In this document: positions 20,330 to 30,380 of the stretch, one piece after another
Layout: each line of letters starts with the position of its first letter
Position numbering within the stretch: the stretch's first letter is position 1
From: an uncultured Verrucomicrobiae bacterium
Lineage (GTDB): Bacteria; Verrucomicrobiota; Verrucomicrobiia; Chthoniobacterales; Chthoniobacteraceae
DNA length: 64,000 nucleotides
Direction: 5' to 3'
Assembly: GCA_963751395.1 (NCBI GenBank)
Contig: CAVVUC010000002.1
Location: forward strand, 1,172,029 to 1,236,028
The notes under the pieces: generated by a model
The model's input: only the letters and a program-made list of their open reading frames with translations
Database searches by the model: none
What the model was told of the DNA's origin: nothing
Program-made: the position numbers and the translations under genes

Positions 20330-20821
20330 ATGCGCCGCGCAATTTATCCCGGGAGTTTCGATCCGATCACCAACGGTCACCTCGACATCATCGCGAGGGC
20401 GTGTCGCATTTTTGACGAAGTGATCATCGCCGTGGCTTACAACGACGCAAAGCAGGGCTTGTTCACTGCCGAGGAGCGGCTTGCCCTGATCCGTCTGACA
20501 ACGGGGCGGTTCGCGAATGCGCGCGTGGCAAAGTTCGACGGGCTCCTGGTTGAATACGCGCGCGAGCAGCAGGCCGTTGCCGTGATTCGCGGGCTGCGGG
20601 CGATCTCGGATTTCGAGTTCGAGTTCCAGATGGCCCTGATGAACCGGAAGCTGGAACCGGCGGTCGAGACGCTCTTCCTGATGCCAAAGGAGGAATGCAC
20701 CTATCTGAGTTCGCGCATCGTGAAGGAGATCGCCCGGCTCGGTGGAAACGTGGAGGCATTTGTGCCACATTCCATTGCCGAGGCTCTGAAGGCGAAGTTC
20801 TCACAGCAACATCCTGCTTAA
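20330..20821 (+). CDS. coaD: pantetheine-phosphate adenylyltransferase
   Basis: From the internal Met: [21 protein letters not shown] (the nucleotidyltransferase HxGH motif). About 160 aa. Confidence 0.9.
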   Translation: MRRAIYPGSFDPITNGHLDIIARACRIFDEVIIAVAYNDAKQGLFTAEERLALIRLTTGRFANARVAKFDGLLVEYAREQQAVAVIRGLRAISDFEFEFQMALMNRKLEPAVETLFLMPKEECTYLSSRIVKEIARLGGNVEAFVPHSIAEALKAKFSQQHPA

Positions 20822-20839
20822 CAGAAGCCTGTTCAGTTT

Positions 20840-21310
20840 ATGAAAGTGCATTTGAAACAAATCCCGGTCGAGGGTTTGCATATCGAAGGAGAGGAAAGCG
20901 AACGTCTCCTCGATGTCGAGAATCCGAATTTCCGCCCGCTTGGCCCGGTGCGTTATTCGCTCGACGTGGGGCTGTCCGGCTCCGGTCTGTTTGCCACTGG
21001 CACGCTCGAAGTGGATTTGGAGATGGAGTGCGTGACGGGGCTGGAGAAGTTCATTTACCCGCTCAAGATCGAATCGTTCGCGATGCAGACCGAGCTCGAC
21101 GGACGCGAAACGGTGGACTTGACGCCATTCGTCCGGGAAGATATTTTGCTCGCCCTTCCGCCGTATCCTCACTGTGATTGGAACGGGGAGCGTGTTTGCG
21201 CCGGTGTGCAAACCAAACTCGTCGGCGATACCAAGGCCGGTGTGCCGCTTTCCCAGGTGACGGTCGCGTGGGATGAGCTGGATAAACTGAAACTGAAAAC
21301 AACCAAGTAA
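20840..21310 (+). CDS. yceD: YceD/DUF177 family protein (large-subunit rRNA accumulation protein)
   Basis: 156 aa, acidic, immediately upstream of rpmF-plsX in the conserved position. C-terminal CxxC-like region PHCDWNGERVCAG. Confidence 0.65.
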   Translation: MKVHLKQIPVEGLHIEGEESERLLDVENPNFRPLGPVRYSLDVGLSGSGLFATGTLEVDLEMECVTGLEKFIYPLKIESFAMQTELDGRETVDLTPFVREDILLALPPYPHCDWNGERVCAGVQTKLVGDTKAGVPLSQVTVAWDELDKLKLKTTK

Positions 21311-21321
21311 CCTAAGAATTT

Positions 21322-21504
21322 ATGGGAGTACCAAAACGCAAGACATCGAAAATGCGCCTTCGGACGCGCAAAGCCGCCAACCGCTGGCACGCACCTCAAC
21401 TTGTCAAGTGCCCGCAATGCGGCAGCCGCCTGCGCGCCCACACCGCCTGCCCGTCGTGCGGCTACTACAAGGGCCGTCAGGTTCTCACCATCGAAGCAGC
21501 CTAG
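21322..21504 (+). CDS. rpmF: 50S ribosomal protein L32
   Basis: MGVPKRKTSKMRLRTRKAANR...CPQCGSRLRAHTACPSCGYYKGRQV is canonical L32 with a zinc ribbon. Confidence 0.9.
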   Translation: MGVPKRKTSKMRLRTRKAANRWHAPQLVKCPQCGSRLRAHTACPSCGYYKGRQVLTIEAA

Positions 21505-21591
21505 TGATTTCCGATTTTAGATTTTTGATTTTCGACCTGCGAAAAGCAGCGCGCACTTGAAATCCAAAATCCAAAATCCAAAATCCAAAAT
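21505..21591. repeat. heptamer-tandem inverted-repeat hairpin (left arm GATTTCC/GATTTTA/GATTTTT/GATTTTC; right arm GAAATCC + AAAATCC x3)
   Basis: Seen directly: tgatttccgattttagatttttgattttcga, a 23-nt spacer, then gaaatccaaaatccaaaatccaaaatccaaaat. It exactly fills the rpmF-stop to plsX-ATG gap. Confidence 0.9.
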
Positions 21592-22635
21592 ATGAAGATT
21601 GCGCTCGACGCCATGGGCGGCGATTTCGCGCCGAAGAACATCATCGGCGGTGCCGTCCTCGCCCTCGCGGAGTATTCCGAGATCACGAAGCTGTTCCTTG
21701 TTGGCGATTCGGCTCGAATTGAAGCCGAACTCAAGACCAACAACTTCACCGATCCGCGCATCGAGATCGTCCATGCCTCGCAGGTCGTGGAGATGACCGA
21801 CGGGGCGGTGGAGTCGGTGCGGAAGAAAAAAGACTCGTCCGTGAGCCGGGCGGTCGATCTCGTGAAGAATGGCGACGCCGATGCGATCGTCAGCGCCGGT
21901 CACACGGGGGCGGCAGTCGCGGCGACCACGATCAAGCTGCGCACGCTGCCGGGCGTGGAGCGGCCGGGCATAGCGTCCGTGATCCCGACGGAAAGCAACG
22001 TCTTCGTCCTCATCGACGCCGGGGCCAACATCGACGCCCGACCGATCCATCTCCTGCAATACGCGGTCATGGGGTCGGTCTATTCCAAGCACGTCCTCGG
22101 CTACCAGAATCCCGCGATCGGTTTGATGTCGATCGGCGACGAGGACGTGAAGGGGAGTGATTTCACCAAGGAGGTCTTCAAGCTCCTCAAGGACAGCAAG
22201 CTGAACTTCCGCGGCAACATCGAGGGGCACGACCTTTTTGAAAACCCGGTCGAGGTGGTGTTGTGCGATGGTTTTATCGGCAATGTCGTTTTGAAAACCT
22301 GCGAAGCGATCGCCCATGCGATTTTCCAGTGGCTCAAGCACGAGATGTATAAGACGCCGTTGCGCAAACTCGGGGGGATGCTGGCGAAAGGCGCATTCAA
22401 GACGATTTACAAAAAGACGAACTACGAGGAATACGGGGGCAGCCCGCTGCTCGGGGTGAACGGCATCTGCATCATCGCGCACGGATCGAGCACACCGCTC
22501 GCGATCAAGAACGCGATCCGCGTGGCCGCCGAATCGATCTCTCACCAACTCAATCCTCACATCATCGAGGAAATCCAACGCTACCATGAAACGACCACAG
22601 CCCCGCTTCCCGCGCCTCTTCAAACCCAAGCGTAG
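21592..22635 (+). CDS. plsX: phosphate acyltransferase PlsX
   Basis: MKIALDAMGGDFAPKNIIGGAVLAL...GNIEGHD...GSPLLGVNGICIIAHGSS are PlsX motifs. Confidence 0.9.
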   Translation: MKIALDAMGGDFAPKNIIGGAVLALAEYSEITKLFLVGDSARIEAELKTNNFTDPRIEIVHASQVVEMTDGAVESVRKKKDSSVSRAVDLVKNGDADAIVSAGHTGAAVAATTIKLRTLPGVERPGIASVIPTESNVFVLIDAGANIDARPIHLLQYAVMGSVYSKHVLGYQNPAIGLMSIGDEDVKGSDFTKEVFKLLKDSKLNFRGNIEGHDLFENPVEVVLCDGFIGNVVLKTCEAIAHAIFQWLKHEMYKTPLRKLGGMLAKGAFKTIYKKTNYEEYGGSPLLGVNGICIIAHGSSTPLAIKNAIRVAAESISHQLNPHIIEEIQRYHETTTAPLPAPLQTQA

Positions 22636-23608
22636 CGTCTCCATCATCGGCACCGGAAGCTACGTGCCCGAGAGGGTGATTACCAATGCCGATCTCGAAA
22701 ACATCGTCGATACCACGGATGAGTGGATCCTCACGCGCACAGGCATCCGCGAGCGCCGGATGGCGGCGGACAACGAATTCACGAGCGACATGGCCACCAA
22801 GGCGGCTCGCAACGCCATCGAACAGGCGGGCATCAAGCCGGAGGAAATCGACCTTATCATCGTCGCCACCGTTACGCCGGACATGTTCTTCCCGGCAACG
22901 TCCTGTCTGGTTCAGCGCAATCTGGATGCGAAACGCGCCGCCTGTTTCGACATGTCAGCCGCTTGTTCCGGCTTTCTCTACGGGCTCGAAATCGCGCAGC
23001 AATTCATCACGAGCCACACTTTCAACACCGTGCTCGTCATTGGAGCCGACAAGCTCAGCACGCTCATCGACTGGACCGACCGCAACACCTGCGTTCTTTT
23101 CGGCGACGGCGCCGGAGCGGCCATCCTGCGCACGCGCGCCGGTTCCCACGGGGTCATCACCACTTACATGGGAGCGGACGGAAATTTCGCGGACATCCTT
23201 TCGATGCCCGGCGGCGGGTGCCGTTATCCAATCACGAAGGACAACCTGCACCTGAGGCTCAACACGATCAAAATGACCGGCAAAGAGGTTTACAAACAAG
23301 CGGTCAACGCGATGCTCACGGCCGCCACCGCCGCCCTCGATCAATCCGGGCTGAAGCTCGACGAACTCGCCTGCATCATTCCGCACCAGGCGAATATGCG
23401 GATCATCGAGGCGCTTGCGGACCGCATGAAAGTTCCGCTCGACCGCTTCCTCATCAACCTCGACCGTTACGGCAACACTTCCGCCGCCGCCGTCGCCATC
23501 GCGCTCGACGAGGCCAACCGCACCGGGCGCATGAAGATCGGCGACTATGTGCTGCTCGTTGTTTTCGGCGGTGGATTGACGTGGGCAAGTTCGGTCATTC
23601 AATGGTAG
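22586..23608 (+). CDS. fabH: 3-oxoacyl-ACP synthase III
   Basis: IIGTGSYVPERVITNADLE, the active-site region CSGFLYGL and the C-terminal thiolase fold. The only ATG start overlaps plsX by 50 nt, so the start is uncertain. Confidence 0.85.
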   Translation: MKRPQPRFPRLFKPKRSVSIIGTGSYVPERVITNADLENIVDTTDEWILTRTGIRERRMAADNEFTSDMATKAARNAIEQAGIKPEEIDLIIVATVTPDMFFPATSCLVQRNLDAKRAACFDMSAACSGFLYGLEIAQQFITSHTFNTVLVIGADKLSTLIDWTDRNTCVLFGDGAGAAILRTRAGSHGVITTYMGADGNFADILSMPGGGCRYPITKDNLHLRLNTIKMTGKEVYKQAVNAMLTAATAALDQSGLKLDELACIIPHQANMRIIEALADRMKVPLDRFLINLDRYGNTSAAAVAIALDEANRTGRMKIGDYVLLVVFGGGLTWASSVIQW

Positions 23609-24483
23609 CTTCCAACGTGCTCGTAGAAACACACGCCCATCTTGACTACGCGGACTTCGAGGCCGATCTCGCGGCGGTGATCGATCGCGCGACGGAGGCA
23701 GGCGTGAAACGCATCCTCACCATCGGCACGTCGGTGGAAAGCAGCCGGCGCGCGGTGGCTCTGGCGGAAAAATATCCCGGCGTCATCTACGCCGTCGTCG
23801 GCGTGCATCCGACATCGGCACTTGAAGCCGGGGAGGACATCATCACGCCGCTGCGCGAGCTGGCGAAAAGCCCGCGCGTGGTTGCCATCGGTGAAACCGG
23901 AATCGATTATCACCGCATGCCGAGCCAGGAGCTTCTCGACTCCGACAAGTTCGAGGGAAAATACACCGAGTCGCTCTCGCAGAACCAGCTCTCGGTCGAA
24001 GGTTCAATCCGGGACGGAGCCTACAAGTCGGCGCAGGCGATTTTGTTTCAGGAGCAGCTTGATCTCGCGGTCGAACTCGGGCTCAACATCGTGATCCATC
24101 AGCGCGACGCGTGGGACGACACGCTGGAGATCCTGAAACCTTACACGGGAAAACTGCGCGCCGTGTTTCACTGCTTCGGCAACACTTTTGAACAGGCTCA
24201 GGAGGTGTTGAGTCTCAACCACATGATTTCCTTCACCGGGATCGTGACCTTCAAGAACGCAGCGCTCGTGCAGGAGGTGGCCGCGCGTGTTCCTGCGGAT
24301 TCGTTCATGGTCGAGACCGATTGCCCGTATCTCGCGCCCATGCCGTTTCGCGGCAAGCGCTGCGAACCGGCGCACACACGGCTGGTCGCGGAGGCGATTG
24401 CGAAACTGCGCGACGAGACGTTCGACGAGGTGGCGCGGCAGACGACCGAAAATGCGGAGGCATTTTTCCGGTTCGATCGCTGA
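23602..24483 (+). CDS. tatD: TatD-family metal-dependent hydrolase (DNase)
   Basis: MVASNVLVETHAHLDY...VAIGETGIDYHR...IVIHQRDAW...SFTGIVTF...VETDCPYLAP are TatD motifs. Its start overlaps the fabH stop (ATGGTAG). Confidence 0.85.
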   Translation: MVASNVLVETHAHLDYADFEADLAAVIDRATEAGVKRILTIGTSVESSRRAVALAEKYPGVIYAVVGVHPTSALEAGEDIITPLRELAKSPRVVAIGETGIDYHRMPSQELLDSDKFEGKYTESLSQNQLSVEGSIRDGAYKSAQAILFQEQLDLAVELGLNIVIHQRDAWDDTLEILKPYTGKLRAVFHCFGNTFEQAQEVLSLNHMISFTGIVTFKNAALVQEVAARVPADSFMVETDCPYLAPMPFRGKRCEPAHTRLVAEAIAKLRDETFDEVARQTTENAEAFFRFDR

Positions 24484-24489
24484 TCGCCG

Positions 24490-27400
24490 ATGAGCGGACT
24501 CGACAGCAACGGACAGGTAAAGCCTTTCGTTTTCATGGATCCGGCGGGGAAGCGATGGCCCCGGCTCCGTCTGGCGCTTCTCATCTGTGGCGTCCTGCTT
24601 TTCATCTGTGTCGTCTGGTTTATCGAGTCGCTCTTCGTCAAACCGGAACTGCGTCTGCCTGCGTCGGTTCGCAAACTCAAAGGCCAGCTCAAGGAACTCC
24701 AACACCAAAATGCGCTGGCACAGGGACCCGACAAATCGATCGTCTGGCAGAAATTCTATCCGCAGTCGCAGGCCGCCCGGGAGCGGCTGGCCAAACTTCG
24801 CGAGCAGTTGCACTCGAAGCCGCAGAAACATTTCGGAGAAATCCGGCTGGGCTTTTATGTCGATTGGGACGCGAACAGTTATCAGTCGCTGCTCACGCAC
24901 GCGGGCCAGCTCACGCACGTCTGCCCGGAATGGATGACGGTGGTCGATGGGCTCGGCAATGTGCGTGTGGACGAAGACCTGCGCATCGAGCGTCTGGCGG
25001 TCAGCAAAGGTCTCGTGCTCATGCCGATGCTCAACAACCTTGTCGAGGACACGTGGGCTCCCGAGCCGGTGGAAAATCTCGCGTCCGGTCCCGAAGACCG
25101 CCGCAACAAATTCATCGTGACCCTGCTCTCGCACCTCGAAGACGCCAGGGCGGGCGGCGTGGTCATCGACTGGGAGCAGATTGATCCGAGCTACAAGAAG
25201 CAGCTCGCCGCCTTCCTCACGAAGATCGCCTCCGCCCTGCATGCAGTGGACAAGGAGCTGTGGCTTGTGGTTCCGATGGGCGATGAAATCGAGTCGCTCG
25301 ATCTCGAAGCGCTGGCCGGGACGGTCGATCATTTCATCGCGATCCTTCACGACGAAAACTCCGACACCGATGCGCCCGGCCCGATCGCCTCGCAGGACTG
25401 GTTCGACGGCTGGCTTCAGGTCATCAATGGCTACGGCGAGCCTGGTCAATGGATCGCCGCGATCGGCGCGTATGGATACGACTGGACGAGCGGCAGCAAG
25501 AAGGCCGAGACGATCAGCTTCGCCGATGCCATGAGCCGTGCGAGCTACTCCGGCATCGACAAGGTCGAGATCAAGGAGCCTTCGTTTAACGCAACCTTCT
25601 CCTATTCCGAACCCTTGGGTGAACACACGGTGTGGTTTCTCGACGCCATCACTTTTCTCAACCAGCTTCGTTCCGTGCGGGCCCAGGGGATTGGCGGCAT
25701 GGCGATCAGCCGGCTGGGGATGGAGGACCCGCAAATCTGGGATGTGCTCAGCTTCAAAGATGCGTGGAAGCTCGATGACGCCGCGATCAATCGCCTGAAG
25801 TTCATCAAGACTTCCGACACCATCACCAACGTCGGACAGGGAGAAATCGTGACGGTGGACGACACGCAGGACAACGGTGTGCGCGACGTTCAACTCGATC
25901 CCGGCGGCCGCTTTTCCGCAACCTACAGGGCGGACGCGGACCTCCAGCGAGGGTTCCCGACCTACCCTGTCCTGTATCATCAAGGATCGGGTGGTGAACA
26001 CGACGTCACGATTACCTTTGACGACGGTCCCGATCCGAAATGGACGCCGCAGATTCTGGACATCCTCAAACAACGCGGCGTGAAAGCCGTGTTCTTCCTC
26101 GTCGGGAGGCAGTCGGAGCAATACCCCGGACTCGTGCGGCGCATCGTCGCGGAAGGCCACGAGATCGGAAATCACACCTACACACATGCCAATCTTGCCG
26201 AGCTTTCCACGCGCGAACTCGAACTCGAGATGAATGCGACGCAACGCCTGGTCGAGGCCATCACCGGGCTTTCCACAACGATCTGCCGGCCGCCATACAA
26301 CGCCGATTCGCGACCGACGCAGCTTGCGGAACTCCGGCCGCTAAAGCTCCTGCAAGACGATCTCGGCTACCTCCTCGTGCTCGAAAACATCGACCCGGAG
26401 GACTGGTCCCGGCCCGGAGCCGACATGATCTTGCAGCGTATCAAGCAACTGCGGAAGCTGGGCAGCATCATCCTCCTGCACGACGCCGGCGGCGACCGCA
26501 GGCAGACGGTCGAGGCGCTGCCCGGGATCATCGACTGGCTGCAAACGCGCGGCGATCGCATCGTCTCGCTGGGCACGTTGCTCAACATTCCACGCGACGA
26601 GTTGATGCCGCCGGTAAAGAAGAATGTCGATCCTGTGACGCGATTGGTCTCAGGGACCGGTTTCCGAATCTGGCACGTGGTCGAACAGTTCGGCTGGGCG
26701 TTCATGATCGTTGCCACGGGCTTGATCGTCCTGCGCACGATCATCGTCGCGGCTCTCGCGTGGTATCATCATCAAAAGACGAAGTCGGTTGTGGCCGAGC
26801 CCTTTTCTCCGCCGATCAGCATTCTCATCGCGGCTTACAACGAGGCAAAAGTGATCCAGGCGACGCTTCGTTCCGTCGTGGACACCGATTACGCCGGCGA
26901 CATCGAAGTGCTCGTGATCGACGACGGATCGAGCGATGACACTGCGGGCGAAGTCGGCAAGGCCGCATTTCTGGACAAACGCATCCGCCTTCTTCAGCAG
27001 ACGAATCGCGGAAAAGCCGAGGCGCTGCGCAACGGCCTTGCGCACGCGAAGAACAAGGTGATCGTTTTGCTCGATGCCGATACGCACTTCGAGCGCGGTA
27101 CTCTTGGCGCGCTTGTGCAACCGCTTTCCGACCCAAAAGTTGGCGCGGTTTCCGGCCATGCCAGAGTCGGCAACATGCGCACCTTCATCGCGCGGTGCCA
27201 GTCGCTCGAATACATTTGCGGATTCAATCTCGACCGGCGCGCCTACAGCGAGTGGAACTGCATCACCGTTGCGCCCGGCGCGATCAGCGCGTTCCGCAAA
27301 GCCGCAATCGAAGAAGCGGGCGGCTTCAGTCCCGACACACTCGCCGAGGACACAGACCTCACGCTCAGCCTCCACAGATGCGGCTACCGCATCGATTACA

Positions 27401-27882
27401 CGCCCGGCGCAGTTGCATGGACGGAAGCTCCCGAGACTTTTGCGACTCTGGCGAAGCAGCGGTTCCGCTGGGCTTTCGGAACGCTGCAGTGTTTGTGGAA
27501 GCATCGCGACCTGATCTTCAACCCGCAATACAAGGCGCTCGGCTGGTTCAGTCTTCCGAGCACCTGGTTCTTCCAGATCATCCTCGTCGCAATCACGCCG
27601 GTGGTGGATTTTCTTTTGATTTCGTCGCTGCTCGTTGGTGGCGGCGGGGCGATGTGGGCCTACTTCGTCACGTTCCTTGCGACGGATTTGCTGCTTGCCA
27701 TGATGGCCTGTGCGCTTGATGGCGAGAAGCTGCGCAAGTCGTGGATCATCATCCCGATGCGCCTGATTTATCGGCCGCTGCTCAGCTACGTCATCTGGCG
27801 CTCGATCTTCAAGGCCGTGAAAGGCGCGTGGGTCACCTGGGGAAAACTGGAGCGCACCGCCTCGGTGCCGGCAAGAGCGTGA
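24490..27882 (+). CDS. multidomain membrane protein: GH18-like glycoside hydrolase domain + CE4 polysaccharide deacetylase (NodB) domain + processive GT2 glycosyltransferase (PgaC/IcaA/cellulose-synthase-like)
   Basis: N-terminal TM, then a GH18-type domain (LGFYVDWDANSY; GGVVIDWEQ with DxxDxDxE-type catalytic residues; AYGYDW). A CE4 domain follows (ITFDDGPDP...HEIGNHTYTH). A GT2 domain follows (ILIAAYNE...VLVIDDGSSDDT...LLDADT...QRFRWAFG, the QxxRW motif) with about 4 C-terminal TM helices. Confidence 0.8.
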   Translation: MSGLDSNGQVKPFVFMDPAGKRWPRLRLALLICGVLLFICVVWFIESLFVKPELRLPASVRKLKGQLKELQHQNALAQGPDKSIVWQKFYPQSQAARERLAKLREQLHSKPQKHFGEIRLGFYVDWDANSYQSLLTHAGQLTHVCPEWMTVVDGLGNVRVDEDLRIERLAVSKGLVLMPMLNNLVEDTWAPEPVENLASGPEDRRNKFIVTLLSHLEDARAGGVVIDWEQIDPSYKKQLAAFLTKIASALHAVDKELWLVVPMGDEIESLDLEALAGTVDHFIAILHDENSDTDAPGPIASQDWFDGWLQVINGYGEPGQWIAAIGAYGYDWTSGSKKAETISFADAMSRASYSGIDKVEIKEPSFNATFSYSEPLGEHTVWFLDAITFLNQLRSVRAQGIGGMAISRLGMEDPQIWDVLSFKDAWKLDDAAINRLKFIKTSDTITNVGQGEIVTVDDTQDNGVRDVQLDPGGRFSATYRADADLQRGFPTYPVLYHQGSGGEHDVTITFDDGPDPKWTPQILDILKQRGVKAVFFLVGRQSEQYPGLVRRIVAEGHEIGNHTYTHANLAELSTRELELEMNATQRLVEAITGLSTTICRPPYNADSRPTQLAELRPLKLLQDDLGYLLVLENIDPEDWSRPGADMILQRIKQLRKLGSIILLHDAGGDRRQTVEALPGIIDWLQTRGDRIVSLGTLLNIPRDELMPPVKKNVDPVTRLVSGTGFRIWHVVEQFGWAFMIVATGLIVLRTIIVAALAWYHHQKTKSVVAEPFSPPISILIAAYNEAKVIQATLRSVVDTDYAGDIEVLVIDDGSSDDTAGEVGKAAFLDKRIRLLQQTNRGKAEALRNGLAHAKNKVIVLLDADTHFERGTLGALVQPLSDPKVGAVSGHARVGNMRTFIARCQSLEYICGFNLDRRAYSEWNCITVAPGAISAFRKAAIEEAGGFSPDTLAEDTDLTLSLHRCGYRIDYTPGAVAWTEAPETFATLAKQRFRWAFGTLQCLWKHRDLIFNPQYKALGWFSLPSTWFFQIILVAITPVVDFLLISSLLVGGGGAMWAYFVTFLATDLLLAMMACALDGEKLRKSWIIIPMRLIYRPLLSYVIWRSIFKAVKGAWVTWGKLERTASVPARA

Positions 27883-29117
27883 TGGGATTTCAGATTGCAG
27901 ATTGGAAAGCCTGGCATCGCTTCGCTCGTTGCAGCAGATTTCAGATTGCCCGGGTGCGCACGAAGCGAGGATTTCTTCAATCTTCAATCTTCAATCTTCA
28001 ATCTGTATTGGCCGTCCTCCTTCTTTCCGCGTGCCAGGAGCCGGCGCCCCTGCCCGTCGATCCGAACGCGCCGAAGAAACTCGTCGTCCCTGACAAAGGC
28101 GCCTACACCGGAGCCTACATCGATTTCGGCGATACCGAGGACGACGTCACGCTCGAGGCGATCGAGGACTTCGAGACGCTTGTCGGCAAGCACCAGGCGA
28201 TCGTCGCATCGTCGAGTTACTGGGGCGAGCAGACGTTTCCCGCCGCCAACGTCAGCCTCATCTGGCGGCACGGCTCGATTCCTCTGGTCTTCTGGTCGCC
28301 GTGGGACAAGCCCTACGTCGAGAACGAGGACGACGATGCTCCCGTGTGGTATGCCGCCGCCAACAAGTATTCGCTTTGGAACATCATCGACGGGAAGTGC
28401 GACGACTACATCGACAAATGGGCCGATGGCGCGAAGCAGTTCGGCCAGCCGATGTTCGTTTCATTCTGCAATGAAATGAACGGCATCTGGTTTCCGTGGT
28501 CCGGCATTTTTTACGGAGCCGATGCCGATGTGCCCGGCGAGAAGGACAAAAAAATGGGGCCGGAGACGTTCAAGCGAGCGTGGCGGCATGTGGTCGATCG
28601 GGTTCGCGCTCGCGGCGCCACGAACATCCTCTGGGTTTTCCACCTCATGAACTACTCCATCCCGCAGGACAACTGGAACTACGCGAAGCAGTATTATCCG
28701 GGGCCGGATTACGTGGACTGGCTTGGGCTCAGCGTTTACGGCATGCAGGTTCGCGAGGAACACTGGTCGGAGTTCTCGCAAATCATGGTCGATGGCAAGC
28801 TCACCGGCGGCCTGCTCGACTGGCCTTACGAGGAGTTGTGCCGGATGGATTCAACAAAACCGATCATGCTCGCGGAATGGGGTTGCGGCGAGTTTCCGGA
28901 GTTCGGCGACAAGGCGCGATGGATTCGGGAGGGGTTCGAGGAAATGAGAAAGCGTCCGCGCATCAAGGCCGCGGTGTTCTGGCACGAGCGCTGGCAGAAC
29001 GAAGAGGAGCACTACAGCAACCTTCGCGTGAACTCGTCGCCGGAGTCGCTCGATGCTTACCGCAAAGGCGTGTCCGATCCATTCTGGCTCGACAAGCCGA
29101 TCCTCAAGCCGCGCTAA
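27882..29117 (+). CDS. GH26-like glycoside hydrolase lipoprotein (start uncertain)
   Basis: Lipobox-type signal VLAVLLLSAC. The catalytic region is FVSFCNEMNGIWFPWSG (GH26/GH5 NE-acid motif) and IMLAEWG (nucleophile). A start at ATG 27882 would overlap the upstream stop (TGATG) and translate the heptamer hairpin. In-frame TTG at 28008 is an alternative. Confidence 0.6.
   Translation: MGFQIADWKAWHRFARCSRFQIARVRTKRGFLQSSIFNLQSVLAVLLLSACQEPAPLPVDPNAPKKLVVPDKGAYTGAYIDFGDTEDDVTLEAIEDFETLVGKHQAIVASSSYWGEQTFPAANVSLIWRHGSIPLVFWSPWDKPYVENEDDDAPVWYAAANKYSLWNIIDGKCDDYIDKWADGAKQFGQPMFVSFCNEMNGIWFPWSGIFYGADADVPGEKDKKMGPETFKRAWRHVVDRVRARGATNILWVFHLMNYSIPQDNWNYAKQYYPGPDYVDWLGLSVYGMQVREEHWSEFSQIMVDGKLTGGLLDWPYEELCRMDSTKPIMLAEWGCGEFPEFGDKARWIREGFEEMRKRPRIKAAVFWHERWQNEEEHYSNLRVNSSPESLDAYRKGVSDPFWLDKPILKPR
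27883..28006. repeat. heptamer-tandem inverted-repeat element (CAGATTG units; CAATCTT x4 on the opposite arm) with a nested dyad
   Basis: gggatttcagattgcagattgg...gatttcagattgcc...gatttcttcaatcttcaatcttcaatcttcaatctg. Confidence 0.9.
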
Positions 29118-30285
29118 ACTCCCGCCCGATCGAGCAGCGAAGCGAGCACTTTTTCCGCCTCGAAGTATTCATGCGCCACCTCGTAAGCGGCGCGGCAGTG
29201 CGCGGCGTAGTCGGCGTTGATCTCGCGCACGGCCTCGGTGATTTCATCGAGCGTGCGAAATGCGAACAACCCTCGCTGCTGACCGTAGTGCTTCGTGAAT
29301 CCCGTCTCCTGCGTGATCGCGGGACGGCCTGCGGCGAGGTAGCACGCGGTGCGGTCGCTGAACCAGCCGGTGTTCAAGCGCACATACTGATCCTTCGCAG
29401 CGGTGAACTCGCCCTTCGAGTTCCGGAGGTATCGCAGGTAGTCCATGTAATCGATGCTCATCGGGTTTGGGTCGGTGAACCGCCAGCGGTTCTCGAGGAA
29501 AAGCTCGCGCGTCGGCGCGTCGTTGATCGTCGCTGCGAGTTCGAAGTCCTCGCCCGATCGTGCAGGCGCTTCGACGAATTTCAGAAACTCGAGCGACTTG
29601 CTCCAGAGATATTTGTCGCCGCGCCACTCGATGTCCTTGCGGCCGCTGGTGTTCCAGTTGGCGACGGTCGTGAACACGGCTCCGGCGGGCGGCGGCGCGC
29701 TTGCTTTCCAAAGATCGGTCACGACCGGCTGGCGCGTTGGCAGCCAGGTCAACCCGTGCAGCGGCACGGGAAATTCGTCCGAGCCGATGTTCTCTCCGAA
29801 CGTGAAAAGCGTGCGGTGCTTTTTCAAGTAATCGAGTGTTGTCGTCTCGCCCTTGTCCACCTTGATCTGCTCCACGCCGGGATCGCTCTCGACGTAAATG
29901 ATGCGGCCGCTCTGAGCAGGTCCTCGTTGAATTCCTGCGTGCCGCAGATGTTCAGAATCGCATCGGCCTCGCGGTATAACTCGACGATGCGCGACTTCGG
30001 AAGGCCGGCGCACGGGTGGTCCGGCAGGAAACGCGCGCAATAGCTCCAGCGGCCCTCGAACCCGAATTGCGCCGCGAGCTTTTCGAGAATCGACGCGGCG
30101 TAGCTGTAGTCCTCGTTCTGCTCGTAGGTGACCGGGTTGTACGGATAGCGCGCCGAATCTTCGACGTAGTAAACGTCGTGCCCGAGCCGCTGCAACCCGA
30201 CGATGTAATGGACGTGCTGCCAGATGACGCCCGCGATGGGAACGCCGGCCGTGAAGCCCATGACGACGATTTTCTTTTTTTTCAT
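29114..30285 (-). CDS. GT-B fold glycosyltransferase (GT4-like C-terminal EX7E region), one apparent frameshift
   Basis: The N-terminus MKKKKIVVMGFTAGVPIAGVIWQHVHYIVGLQRLGHDVYYVEDS (ORF 29824..30285) continues in another frame as GRIIYVESDPGV...LAAGRPAITQETGFTKHYGQQRGLFAF (ORF 29114..30352). The shift is near 29885-29900, at a gcggccgc run that needs one more g. Confidence 0.6.
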
Positions 30286-30300
30286 ACCTTTGGACGATGC

Positions 30301-30380
30301 GGAATGTGAATGGTGATTGGTGAATCGTGAATGGCGGAGGTGCGATACTCATTCACGCATTCACCAATCACCATTTACGT
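30301..30380. repeat. heptamer-tandem inverted-repeat hairpin (GAATGTG/AATGGTG/ATTGGTG/AATCGTG versus CATTCAC/CAATCAC/CATTTAC)
   Basis: ggaatgtgaatggtgattggtgaatcgtgaatgg, a 13-nt spacer, then ctcattcacgcattcaccaatcaccatttacg. It sits between the GT start and the acetyltransferase stop. Confidence 0.9.

Noticed and set aside
24004-26244. 746-aa minus-strand ORF
   Set aside because: It lies entirely antisense to the well-supported GH18-CE4-GT2 fusion gene. It has no recognisable domains and an Arg/Leu/Val-biased composition.
21505-28006. Tandem short repeats considered as CRISPR arrays
   Set aside because: The repeat units are 7 nt, not 24-48 nt. There are no unique spacers, and the arrays occur as inverted arms forming hairpins. 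No cas genes are present.
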